From positions 2,565 through 66,564 of the forward strand of contig DEFJ01000025.1 in NCBI GenBank assembly GCA_002350725.1: 64,000 bases of DNA. Reading direction: 5' to 3'. How positions within the stretch are numbered: the stretch's first letter is position 1; each line of letters starts with the position of its first letter. A program made the position numbers and the translations under genes. Positions 55,239 to 64,000 of the stretch are shown here, piece by piece. Source of the stretch: Cyanobacteria bacterium UBA2855. GTDB lineage: Bacteria > Cyanobacteriota > Vampirovibrionia > Gastranaerophilales > Gastranaerophilaceae. The notes beneath the pieces are model-generated. The model searched no databases, was not told the DNA's origin, and worked only from the letters and a program-made list of their open reading frames with translations.

Positions 55239-56261
55239 TTATATTTTTATCTTGTTATACGAAATTTTTATTTTAAAACCCAGAATTTTAAATATTTTAT
55301 ATTTCTTTTTATCTATTACCAGATTATAAACAGAAAATATATTCCCTACTATTTCAATAAAAATTATTTTTATCATAAAAAACAAAAATTGATATATGGG
55401 CAAGTAACTGCGCACTTCTGCAATATAAGAGTATTTGTTCCCAACAAATTTATTGTAGTTATCAATTAATTTACTTATAACCCAATCATTATATTCTTGT
55501 TTTATATTTTCATACACATTGTGCTCTGATAAAATATTTTTTATGTCGGATAAAAAGTAAAATATATCCTCATTCTTTTGTTTCGCCAACTCTGTATTAA
55601 CGATTACACTATTATCACTTTTTATTCGATAAAAATAATCAGCATTATCTATATATACAATTTTATCAGCTAAAGCTCTGCTCAATACAGTAAAAATGAT
55701 ATCCTCAGAACGTACAATATCCATAAACTGTATATTACATTTTTTTATAAAATTTGTTCGGTACAATTTATTCCATACAGCTAAATTCACACTAAAAACA
55801 TAATTTTTTCTTATCCGATAGTTAAATAAAGTATTTATAGGCAAGTGCAACTTGTTTTTTCGTTTTTTTATATAGTTACGTGCCTCATTATTTATCATAA
55901 AAGACTCTTCCACCAAATCTGCATCATATAATTTTGCAGTATTATATAAGACTTCAAACATTTCAGTATTAACCCAATCATCCGGATCAACAAATCCTAA
56001 ATATTCTCCCTTTGCAATTTTTATAGCATTATTTCGAGCAACACCTTGCCCCGAATTTTTTTGACTAATTAATTTTATTCTATTATCAATCTTGACATAT
56101 TTTTCCAATATTTCTAAAGAACTATCTGTTGAACCATCATTTACACAAATTATTTCTATATTATGCATTGTTTGAAAAATGAGAGTTTTCAAACACTCTT
56201 CCAAATATTTTTCTACATTATAAACCGGAACAATTATACTTACATTTGGTTTCTGCATCAT
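55239..56261 (-). CDS. Glycosyltransferase family 2
   Basis: VSIIVPVYNVEKYLEECL...NDGSTD...FVDPDD (DxD) motifs. C-terminal tail ...KKYKIFKILGFKIKISYNKIKI. Confidence 0.85.
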   Translation of the reverse strand: MMQKPNVSIIVPVYNVEKYLEECLKTLIFQTMHNIEIICVNDGSTDSSLEILEKYVKIDNRIKLISQKNSGQGVARNNAIKIAKGEYLGFVDPDDWVNTEMFEVLYNTAKLYDADLVEESFMINNEARNYIKKRKNKLHLPINTLFNYRIRKNYVFSVNLAVWNKLYRTNFIKKCNIQFMDIVRSEDIIFTVLSRALADKIVYIDNADYFYRIKSDNSVIVNTELAKQKNEDIFYFLSDIKNILSEHNVYENIKQEYNDWVISKLIDNYNKFVGNKYSYIAEVRSYLPIYQFLFFMIKIIFIEIVGNIFSVYNLVIDKKKYKIFKILGFKIKISYNKIKI

Positions 56262-56287
56262 TTATCTTTCTTAACGTAATTATCGCA

Positions 56288-56327
56288 CATGATAAATTAT
56301 TCTCGTATACGAGAATAATTTATCATG
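56288..56327. promoter_or_regulatory. Perfect 40-bp palindrome (operator-like) between divergent GT2 and HTH genes
   Basis: CATGATAAATTATTCTCGTA|TACGAGAATAATTTATCATG, with no mismatch and no loop. It abuts the predicted -35 of the HTH gene promoter. Confidence 0.85.
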
Positions 56328-56364
56328 ATTACACACATCCTGTCAAATAAAATATAATATTGGA

Positions 56365-56574
56365 ATGAACGAGAATAAAAATTACATCAGATCTCTTTTA
56401 GTTTTAAATAACATGCCTATTGCCAAGTTGGCAAAAAAAATGAGTGAATTATCCGGCAAAGAATACTCAATAGGCAGCTTATACGGGAAATTAGCAAGGG
56501 ATACTCTGACACTTAAAGAATGTCAACTTATTGCCTCTATTATTGGTTATCATATAGAATTTATAAAAAATTAG
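56365..56574 (+). CDS. Small HTH (XRE-like) DNA-binding protein (69 aa)
   Basis: MPIAKLAKKMSELSGKEYSIGSLYGKL has a helix-turn-helix pattern. TATAAT lies 6 nt upstream of the ATG with no SD, so the transcript is probably leaderless. Confidence 0.5.
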   Translation: MNENKNYIRSLLVLNNMPIAKLAKKMSELSGKEYSIGSLYGKLARDTLTLKECQLIASIIGYHIEFIKN

Positions 56575-56641
56575 TATTAAAGTTTACTTTAGCGCATAAT
56601 TTTGGTACATTTGTGTTAGGATTACGAATGGAGGATTTATC

Positions 56642-56914
56642 ATGCAGACATATTCAGTACAAACTCATGGGATTTGCCCGAAAGCTATCTCTTTTGCCAT
56701 TGATAACGGCAAAATTTATGACATAAAATTTTTTGGCGGATGCCCGGGTAATACTGCAGCTATCGCAAAATTACTGGAAGGCACTGATGCAAAAAATGTT
56801 GTTGATGTATTAAAAGGCAACGATTGCGGTGGCAGAGGAACATCATGCGCAGACCAACTTGCAAGAGGTGTTGAACAAGCACTGGCCGAAGCAGGTGCCG
56901 TTCAACAAGCCTAA
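56642..56914 (+). CDS. TSCPD-domain small protein (TIGR03905-like)
   Basis: Strong SD ggagga. ...I.DIKF.GGCPGN..AI..L.EG......V...L.G..CG.RGTSCADQLA pattern. Confidence 0.7.
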   Translation: MQTYSVQTHGICPKAISFAIDNGKIYDIKFFGGCPGNTAAIAKLLEGTDAKNVVDVLKGNDCGGRGTSCADQLARGVEQALAEAGAVQQA

Positions 56915-56999
56915 AACTACTACACTTTACTGATTTACTATTTATCAAATTAAATGTATAATAAGCCTATAAGTTTAGTTTGAAAGGTTAAATAATATA

Positions 57000-57515
57000 A
57001 TGATAGAAATGAAAGTTATGGGTATCGCACTTGATACCAGAACGGGTTCCCCGATTGTTGTACTTCACGATAAAGAAAACAGAAGAGCTTTACCGATTTG
57101 GATTGGCTCTGCTGAAGCAAGTGCAATTATTAGAAAAATCGAAAATCTTAACGTAGCTCGTCCTATGACCCACGATTTAATTATTAATGTTATAAAAGAA
57201 ACCGGCTACACATTAGAAAAAGTCGAAATAAACGACGTTGAAAAAGAAACTTACTATTCAACTCTTTATCTGACAAATGATAACGGAGATACTATTGAAA
57301 TTGACTCTCGCCCGTCAGATGCTATTGCTATCGCAATAAGAGTTGACGCACCAATTTTTGTTACGGCAAACGTTCTATCTAACGGTTCTGTTTCTACAGA
57401 TTCAGCTAAAGACGAAGAAGAAGCTCAGGAATTTAAAAAATTTATTCAGGATATTAAGCCTTCAGACTTTGAAAAACTTTTAAAAGACAATGACCACCAC
57501 GAAAGCGATCAATAA
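57000..57515 (+). CDS. Bifunctional nuclease family protein (BFN/DUF151)
   Basis: PIVVLHDKENRRALPIWIGSAEASAI...RPMTHDL...SRPSDAIAIAIR motifs. Confidence 0.85.
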   Translation: MIEMKVMGIALDTRTGSPIVVLHDKENRRALPIWIGSAEASAIIRKIENLNVARPMTHDLIINVIKETGYTLEKVEINDVEKETYYSTLYLTNDNGDTIEIDSRPSDAIAIAIRVDAPIFVTANVLSNGSVSTDSAKDEEEAQEFKKFIQDIKPSDFEKLLKDNDHHESDQ

Positions 57516-57617
57516 TTGTTAAAATTGTAACAAAAATTTCAAAAACTGAAATTTGCTAAATTATAAAATTTTTATATTAATGAAAGCAGAGAGAGAACAA
57601 TTCAAGAGGTCAAGAAG

Positions 57618-57830
57618 TTGGATTATTCGGTTAACGCTATACAGCAACAGTATCTTTTCAAGGTACAGCCTGTAAGCATTGATGAAAAACTTAATCAACA
57701 CAACTATCAACAACAGCAACAACAGCCGTTGTCAGGTGTAAATCCGTTTACATCAAAATCATACAATCCGCTGTATCCGTCTGTTGAAAACAGTCCTACA
57801 CTCGGGCACTCTTTAGATTTGCTCGGATAA
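57618..57830 (+). CDS. Orphan small Gln/Asn/Pro-rich protein (70 aa)
   Basis: TTG start with agagg upstream. Contains a QQQQQQ run and NP-x motifs. Followed by a weak hairpin CGTAAT-12-ATTACG plus a T-run. Confidence 0.4.
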   Translation: MDYSVNAIQQQYLFKVQPVSIDEKLNQHNYQQQQQQPLSGVNPFTSKSYNPLYPSVENSPTLGHSLDLLG

Positions 57831-57977
57831 CTTTGCGTACCCGAAAATTATACTATTTGTCGATGTTTTAAGGTTTAAGACATCTCTTAATATTTCGTAA
57901 TAATCGAGAGAGAATTACGCAATTTTTTATGCCTAAAATTGTTTATATATATGTAAGGAAAAATTAAGGGGTATTAT

Positions 57978-58196
57978 ATGTTTCCGAAAGTTGATTTAGG
58001 CGCACTCAATGTATTTGATTTAAGACCTGCAAACACAAATTTTGACGCAGGGCTTAGAAAGAGTTTTGCCTATGCAAGCAACAATCCTTTTAATAACGGA
58101 AGCAATTATAATTTATCTCATCCAAGAGTAAATGATTCAGCAGGAGTAGACGGAGAATCACAAAACGGGAAAGTTTTACCGTATTTACTCGCATAA
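57978..58196 (+). CDS. Orphan small Asn/Gly-rich protein (72 aa)
   Basis: SD aagggg 7 nt upstream. Followed by a strong terminator. Confidence 0.5.
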   Translation: MFPKVDLGALNVFDLRPANTNFDAGLRKSFAYASNNPFNNGSNYNLSHPRVNDSAGVDGESQNGKVLPYLLA

Positions 58197-58222
58197 AAAG
58201 TTTTATTGCAATCACGAAATAG

Positions 58223-58260
58223 AAAAAAACCGGCTTATTCATTAAGCCGGTTTCTGGTTT
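58223..58260. terminator. Bidirectional terminator between convergent genes
   Basis: aaaaaAACCGGCTTAttcatTAAGCCGGTTtctggtttt: 10-bp perfect stem. Confidence 0.8.
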
Positions 58261-58300
58261 TAATGCAAACTTCGAAAATATTTCGAGAGTCAACACCTTG

Positions 58301-60775
58301 TTAGAGTGAAAAGTCTTCTTCTTCAGGCAACACCTTTGGAATATCTAACATCCATTTTTTAGCTTTATCATTTGCCTTAGCCCAGTTAACAGCAAGTAAT
58401 CCTCTCTGTACCCAAATAAGCTCTTTAAAGAACTCATACTGAGAATTTAGAGCATCAATTTTTGCCTGAAAATAAAGATGTTGAGCATCCGTTACCTGAT
58501 CAATAGGAGCTTTACCAAGCAAATATTTGTTCTTGACCATTTGATAATTTTCACCTTCAGCAAACATTGCCTTATAAGATTTTTCGATTATAAAGTACTT
58601 GGCAATCGCACGATTTACTACAGATCTAACCTTCATTTCAATCTCTGTATCAACCTGTTCCAAATAGGCATTCAATTCATTCAATTCGGACTTACATCTT
58701 GCAATCTCAGCAATCTTATGTCCGCCCTCTATCGGTTTCCATTGAGCACCAATAAAAAATCTGAAAGAGTTTTTATCCAAACCTAAATATGGAGAGCTTG
58801 CCCAGGCAGCACGCCCCATAGGATTCATCATACCACCCATAACACCTGATTGAACGGCTTTAATCTGATTATGTCCAGCATCTTCATAAGGAATATTCCT
58901 ATCAAATTGGGTTTGGTACTCTAATGACATTTTCGCATTTGGCATTACAAATTTTTGTGCATAATTAGACATTTCTGCCTTTTTCATAGCAATTGCAGCT
59001 TTCAACTTGGTGGTTTCAGGTGACAAATAAATAACCTCATCTATCAACATTTCAGTAAACTTTTCAAGTTTTTGCGGATTTCTGACGTGGTCTATGATAT
59101 GAACATCTGAAGAGAAAAACGCCGGATCACTTGCTGTTAACGGAGCAAGTGTAAAATCCGTCTTTTGGTCTTTATGAAGCAATTTATTTATATGAATTTT
59201 TATATTCTTATGCTCAGCTTTCATTGATAATAATTTTTTCTCAGCTTCACTTACTTCACCTGCCCATCGCAAAATCTCTTCAGTACCGCACTTACCGGTT
59301 TTTTCACGAACACGTGCAATAGCGAGATTTTCTCTCACTTCTCTAACGTATTCTTCTTGAACCTTAATCATATTTTCTAACATTAAAGTTTCAATATATA
59401 AGTTTGCAGTCTGATATTCAGTATTAGCTTTTGTTAATGCGGCTTCGGCTTTATCAAATTTCAATTTTTTATGTTTTACAATAATATTTGTAACCAAATC
59501 AGGAGAATACAAAACCTGATCCATACCAACAGTAAAAGCACCTGCACGAGTCGGAATATCGGAATATGAAGTTGCATAATCACTGTTATACGTCTGATAC
59601 CCCAAATCCAATCTCAATGTCGGTAGATATCTTAAATAGGAACTTGCAACAGAACGTCGTGCCGCACTTATTAAGTATCTTTTTCTGGCAATATCAAGGT
59701 TACTCTCGTCTAATGAGGTTAAAAGCATATCCAGATTATAAACAGGTAATTTCTTGTGAGAAATTATAGTCGAATTATTCAACAATCTTAATGGAGCTAC
59801 ATAACCAACCATTTCCGCAGTATCAGAATTAAAGAAAATCACCTTATCATCATAAAAAGGAATTTTTTCATTCTTTACAACGTTACCGTGCAAAACTCCG
59901 TGGATATTAAACGATGTCGCTTCAGCAAGTTTTCGGTCAACATCAAATGCCGAAGTTCCAAGCATTGCGCCTAAATCAACATCCTCTTTTCCAACAGCAG
60001 CATATGACGGTAATTTCTTTAAATTTATATAATTATATAATTCCTGTCTTTGAGCAGCCGACAAATTAAATAGCGGGGTAACATACACGCCGTCAATATT
60101 TGACGGAATCTTTGATAAAGATGCTTTCAAATTAGAATTTATAGGAACAACTACAAAACCTAGATTGCAATTTTTCTCTCTCAATTTCTTTGTAATTATA
60201 CCATTCCAATCAGATTGAGTTTTATAAAAATTCTCATTTATAAGAATTGCAACCTTCTTCATATCAGGAACTAATCTTTGAAAAGTCACAAAATCATTTA
60301 CAGATTGTTGTACCGGATTAAAGAATTTATCTCCAAAATCTCTAAGACCGTATTGATCAATTGTCACAACGTACTTATTTTTATTTTTCTTACTTGCGTA
60401 ATATTCACTGGACATATAGCCTAAAGATATTACCATTAACGCTCTTGAAGATAACGCCTTATTAGACGCATTTATAGCCCCCTGTTTTGTCCAATCGCCG
60501 GTATAAACCAATTCTTTTGGAAAAACAGCTTTGTAATCAGGCAACAAAGATTTTGTAATCGTAGTTTGGAAAGTTTTTAACACCTCTGTATTTTTATCAG
60601 ACGGTCCGTCCAAAACAAATGCAAACTCAATAGATCTTGCATTTGGTGCCGCTTGCAATGTTTTTTGCTGTGGTCTTGGCATATTCGGATTAATTTTTGC
60701 CGCAAAAGTCATGCCCCCACTATACGTAAACGCCAGCATGCCAGCTAACACCAAGCTCAATAACCTTTTAATCAT
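58301..60775 (-). CDS. Outer-membrane efflux (TolC/OEP-like) protein fused to an N-terminal periplasmic-binding-like domain (824 aa)
   Basis: Signal peptide MIKRLLSLVLAGMLAFTYSGGMTFA. The first ~330 aa resemble ABC_sub_bind/PBP-type domains. The C-terminal ~480 aa show the duplicated OEP helical/beta pattern. Confidence 0.65.
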   Translation of the reverse strand: MIKRLLSLVLAGMLAFTYSGGMTFAAKINPNMPRPQQKTLQAAPNARSIEFAFVLDGPSDKNTEVLKTFQTTITKSLLPDYKAVFPKELVYTGDWTKQGAINASNKALSSRALMVISLGYMSSEYYASKKNKNKYVVTIDQYGLRDFGDKFFNPVQQSVNDFVTFQRLVPDMKKVAILINENFYKTQSDWNGIITKKLREKNCNLGFVVVPINSNLKASLSKIPSNIDGVYVTPLFNLSAAQRQELYNYINLKKLPSYAAVGKEDVDLGAMLGTSAFDVDRKLAEATSFNIHGVLHGNVVKNEKIPFYDDKVIFFNSDTAEMVGYVAPLRLLNNSTIISHKKLPVYNLDMLLTSLDESNLDIARKRYLISAARRSVASSYLRYLPTLRLDLGYQTYNSDYATSYSDIPTRAGAFTVGMDQVLYSPDLVTNIIVKHKKLKFDKAEAALTKANTEYQTANLYIETLMLENMIKVQEEYVREVRENLAIARVREKTGKCGTEEILRWAGEVSEAEKKLLSMKAEHKNIKIHINKLLHKDQKTDFTLAPLTASDPAFFSSDVHIIDHVRNPQKLEKFTEMLIDEVIYLSPETTKLKAAIAMKKAEMSNYAQKFVMPNAKMSLEYQTQFDRNIPYEDAGHNQIKAVQSGVMGGMMNPMGRAAWASSPYLGLDKNSFRFFIGAQWKPIEGGHKIAEIARCKSELNELNAYLEQVDTEIEMKVRSVVNRAIAKYFIIEKSYKAMFAEGENYQMVKNKYLLGKAPIDQVTDAQHLYFQAKIDALNSQYEFFKELIWVQRGLLAVNWAKANDKAKKWMLDIPKVLPEEEDFSL

Positions 60776-60888
60776 CCCTCTCTACTCCTTAATATAAAAA
60801 ATAAACAACTATTTATGAGATAAATATATCAGTAAAGTTTACACATGTCAAAAATTTAATACAAAGTTTTAAGATTTGTAGACAAATT

Positions 60889-60927
60889 AAAAGGCAGATT
60901 CAATAAATACTTTTGAACCTGCCTTTT
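60889..60927 (-). terminator. Terminator after adhE
   Basis: AAAAGGCAG-21 nt-CTGCCTTTT: a 9-bp stem with a U-run on the minus strand. Confidence 0.6.
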
Positions 60928-60944
60928 ATAATATTAGTTAATTA

Positions 60945-63647
60945 CTATTTTTTGGACGATTTTGAAGCTTTTGAAGATGATTTATAATAATCTCTTACAA
61001 CACCTTCATACGCATCCAAATAAATAGCCTTGATATCGCTCATCAAAGGATAAGCAGGGTTAGCACCCGTGCATTGATCGTCAAATGCTAATTCAACCAT
61101 TTCGTCTAACTTAGACATAAATTCGTCTTCCGAAATACCGAAATCTCTGATTGAATTAGGAAGATTGATTGCCTTCATCAATTTATCAATTGCCTTTATG
61201 TACAATTCAACCTTTTCGTCATTTGTCTTACCGCCTAAGCCAAGTTCATCAGCAATTTGACCATATTTTTCTTTTGCATTAGGGAACTTGTACTGAGGGA
61301 ATGTTGCTTGTTTGTGCGGATAATCAACAGCGTTATATTTGATAACTTGTCTGATTAACAATGCGTTAGCAACACCATGAGGTACGTGGAACATTGCACC
61401 CAATTTATGAGCCATTGAGTGACATAATCCTAAGAATGAATTTGCAAATGCCATACCCGCAATAGTAGCGGCATAATGCATTTTTTCTCTTGCAATAGGA
61501 TCATTTGCGCCTTCTTTCCATGATCTTTCCAAATATCTGAATACTAATTTACAAGCCTCTAAAGCATTTGAATTTGTAAAGTTTGTAGCCATACAAGAAA
61601 CATAAGCTTCTGTTGCGTGAACAAGAGCATCAATACCGGATGCTGCAGTTAATCCTCTAGGCATACCATCAACATAATTCGGGTCAATAATAGCCATTGT
61701 CGGAGTTAGTGCATAATCCGCAATTGCATATTTAACCTGAGATTCATCATCCGTAATAATTGCAAACGGAGTAACTTCCGAACCTGTACCTGATGTTGTA
61801 GGAATAGCAACCATAGTTGCTTTAGCACCTAAATCAGGAATAGAACAAATTCTCTTTCTGATATCCATAAATCTCATAGAAATATCAGAGAAGTCAGTTT
61901 CCGGATGTTCATACATCAACCACATAATTTTAGCAGCATCCATCGGAGAACCGCCACCCAAAGCGATAATTACATCAGGCTCATACGGCTTAATAATTTC
62001 CATAGCCTGTCTGATTGTAGACAATGTTGGATCCGGCTTAACATCAAAGAAGATTTGATGATCAATACCAATATCATCCAATACTCTAACTATACTATCA
62101 ACAGCTCCTGAATTGAATAAGAATCTGTCTGTAACAATGAATGCACGTTTTTTACCTTTAAGCTCACGAAGTGCCAAATCAACAGCACCACGTTTGAAAT
62201 AAACTTTTGGCGGAACCTTAAACCAGAGCATATTTTCTCTCCTTTCAGCAACTGTCTTGTAGTTAAGTAAGTGTTCAACACCGATATTACCGGATACAGC
62301 GTTACCGCCCCAAGAACCGCAACCAAGTGAAAGTGACGGTTCAAGTTTGAAGTTGTACAAATCACCGATACCACCTTGTGATGATGGTGAATTGATTAAA
62401 ACTCTGCAAGATGGCATAAGTTCTGCGTACATATTAACTCTATCTTGTTTTCTTGTATCAGTATAAAGAACAGATGTATGTCCGGCACCACCTTTTGATA
62501 CCAATTCGTAAGCCATTTCAGTAGCTTGTTTAAAGTCTTTGGCTTTATACATTGTAAGAATTGGTGATAGTTTTTCTCTTGAGAACGGATCGTTCCAATC
62601 AACAGAAGGTCTTTCCGCCAACAGAATCTTAGAATACTCAGGAATTTTAAAACCTGATAATTCAGCAATTTTATATGCTGATTGACCAACAATTGCCGGA
62701 TGAGCCGTACCTCTGTTAGGATCGATGAACGGTAAATCCATCATTTTCTTTTCTTCAGCTTTGCTTACAAGGTAAGCACCTCTGTACAAAAATTCTTTCT
62801 TAACTTCTTCATATACATCTTCAACAACAACAACAGATTGTTCAGAAGCACAAATCATACCGTTATCGAAAGTTTTAGACATAATAATTGAAGATACAGC
62901 CATTTTAATATCAGCAGTTTCGTCTATAACAGCAGAAGTATTACCGGGTCCGACACCTAACGCAGGGTTACCTGAAGAATACGCTGCTTTAACCATCCCA
63001 GGACCGCCTGTAGCCAAAATACAAGCAACATCAGGGTGTTTCATCAACTGACCTGATAATTCAACAGACGGAACATCAATCCAACCGATAATATCAGCCG
63101 GAGCACCAGCTTTAACTGCAGCATCCAAAACAACTTTTGCCGCCGCAATTGTAGATTTTGTTGCTCTCGGATGTGGTGAAAAGATAATTGCATTTCTTGT
63201 TTTTAAAGCAATTAAAGATTTAAAAATAGCAGTTGATGTAGGGTTAGTTGTAGGAATAATACCAGCAATAATACCTAAAGGTTCTGCTACAATCTTTGTA
63301 CCGTTTGCAATATCTTCTTTTATAATACCGCAAGTCTTTGCGTTCTTATGTTTGTTATAAATGTATTCTGATGCAAAGTGATTCTTGATAATTTTATCTT
63401 CAAGAACACCCATACCTGTTTCTTCAACAGCCATTCTGGCAAGAGGAATACGAGCCTTGTCTGCTGCAGTAGCAGCAGCTTTAAATATTGCATCAACTTT
63501 TTCTTGAGAGAAAGTTGAGTAAATTTTTTGAGCCTTTTTTACTCTTTCAATGAGTAATTCAAATTGCTCAGCTGAATCAACAACGCTTGATTTATTTAAA
63601 GCCTTTTCAAGCTTATCAACCGTTTTCTTTGTGCTTTTTGTTGCCAT
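60945..63647 (-). CDS. adhE: Bifunctional acetaldehyde-CoA / alcohol dehydrogenase
   Basis: N-terminal ALDH domain (catalytic NGMICASEQ) and C-terminal Fe-ADH domain ([10 protein letters not shown]; HSMAHKLG). The start MATKSTKK at 63647 has SD aaggaga. Confidence 0.95.
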   Translation of the reverse strand: MATKSTKKTVDKLEKALNKSSVVDSAEQFELLIERVKKAQKIYSTFSQEKVDAIFKAAATAADKARIPLARMAVEETGMGVLEDKIIKNHFASEYIYNKHKNAKTCGIIKEDIANGTKIVAEPLGIIAGIIPTTNPTSTAIFKSLIALKTRNAIIFSPHPRATKSTIAAAKVVLDAAVKAGAPADIIGWIDVPSVELSGQLMKHPDVACILATGGPGMVKAAYSSGNPALGVGPGNTSAVIDETADIKMAVSSIIMSKTFDNGMICASEQSVVVVEDVYEEVKKEFLYRGAYLVSKAEEKKMMDLPFIDPNRGTAHPAIVGQSAYKIAELSGFKIPEYSKILLAERPSVDWNDPFSREKLSPILTMYKAKDFKQATEMAYELVSKGGAGHTSVLYTDTRKQDRVNMYAELMPSCRVLINSPSSQGGIGDLYNFKLEPSLSLGCGSWGGNAVSGNIGVEHLLNYKTVAERRENMLWFKVPPKVYFKRGAVDLALRELKGKKRAFIVTDRFLFNSGAVDSIVRVLDDIGIDHQIFFDVKPDPTLSTIRQAMEIIKPYEPDVIIALGGGSPMDAAKIMWLMYEHPETDFSDISMRFMDIRKRICSIPDLGAKATMVAIPTTSGTGSEVTPFAIITDDESQVKYAIADYALTPTMAIIDPNYVDGMPRGLTAASGIDALVHATEAYVSCMATNFTNSNALEACKLVFRYLERSWKEGANDPIAREKMHYAATIAGMAFANSFLGLCHSMAHKLGAMFHVPHGVANALLIRQVIKYNAVDYPHKQATFPQYKFPNAKEKYGQIADELGLGGKTNDEKVELYIKAIDKLMKAINLPNSIRDFGISEDEFMSKLDEMVELAFDDQCTGANPAYPLMSDIKAIYLDAYEGVVRDYYKSSSKASKSSKK

Positions 63648-63859
63648 AAATTCATTCTCCTTTATAAAATGATATTTGATTAACCTTCCGTCATATATCA
63701 TGCTACCTGTCATCTGAGTATTTTTGGGGTTAAAATAGCATGACTAAATGTTTTGTATTCGTGAATTATTTCACAAATACATTCTACATCAAATATCATC
63801 AAAAATCAAGTGTATTTTTTACAATCTTTATCTAATTTTAATATCACAAAATTTAGATA

Positions 63860-64000
63860 ATTAGGAGAATAAATCTTTTATAGAACCTATCATATCTTTT
63901 ATGGAACCTAAGGCAGTAGTTACCCCTTCAGCCGTCATCGCAGGCTTTTGCTGTTGGTATGCCATTTCTTGCATTTGTTTTTGCATCATCAAGTATTCAA
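63860..64000 (-). CDS. C-terminal fragment of an unknown ORF (partial)
   Basis: Minus-strand frame open to the window edge: ...EYLMMQKQMQEMAYQQQKPAMTAEGVTTALGSIKDMIGSIKDLFS*. No motif recognised. Confidence 0.3.

Noticed and set aside
55215-55469. 84-aa plus-strand ORF, and similar short ORFs (35457..35708, 12371..12727, 45384..45773, 45652..45885, 22590..22811, 56520..56726)
   Set aside because: They overlap confidently called genes on the other strand or lie in AT-rich intergenic DNA. Their translations are Phe/Ile/Tyr/Asn-rich, as expected from AT bias, with no SD or motifs.
1-64000. Prophage, integrative element, transposon or tRNA/rRNA genes
   Set aside because: No integrase, transposase, recombinase, phage structural motifs, terminal inverted repeats or GC-rich cloverleaf-sized segments were found in any intergenic region.

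Overview
This is an AT-rich (roughly 30-35% GC by eye) bacterial chromosomal window with about 55 credible genes. No rRNA, tRNA, transposase, integrase or cas genes were seen. TolC-like and MsbA-like genes suggest a diderm. AdhE, a 4-subunit 2-oxoacid:ferredoxin oxidoreductase and GH57 suggest an anaerobic fermenter. The exact taxon cannot be determined from the sequence alone.

Most of the window is housekeeping: polA, leuS, rpsA, rsmI, rbfA-truB, dxs, lepB, a polyprenyl synthase, cobO, an acyl-CoA ligase and adhE. Four regions are not ordinary.

1. 778-6300: a roughly 1840-aa acidic, all-coiled-coil giant protein with internal repeats.
2. 11.0-14.1 kb: an operon encoding a protein with flagellin-like architecture (conserved N and C termini, variable middle) but no flagellin sequence. 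It also encodes a Gly/Ser/Tyr low-complexity protein and a 110-aa 'termini-only' mini-paralog.
3. 34.5-39.4 kb: a glycan cluster whose unrelated enzymes all end in the same basic 'ILGIKxK' tail.
4. 41.2-48.3 kb: a same-strand island of orphan genes, and the best candidate for an undescribed system. It starts with a structured leader resembling a short cobalamin riboswitch. That leader controls a tight 3-gene orphan operon. Next come a strongly expressed 91-aa orphan, an HExxH/(PTD)n protein and a second filament-like paralog with a shared sigma-28-like promoter motif. The island ends in a 3-copy 96-bp tandem repeat with an invariant 33-bp core.

All functional calls come from motif recognition by eye. 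No database searches were run.
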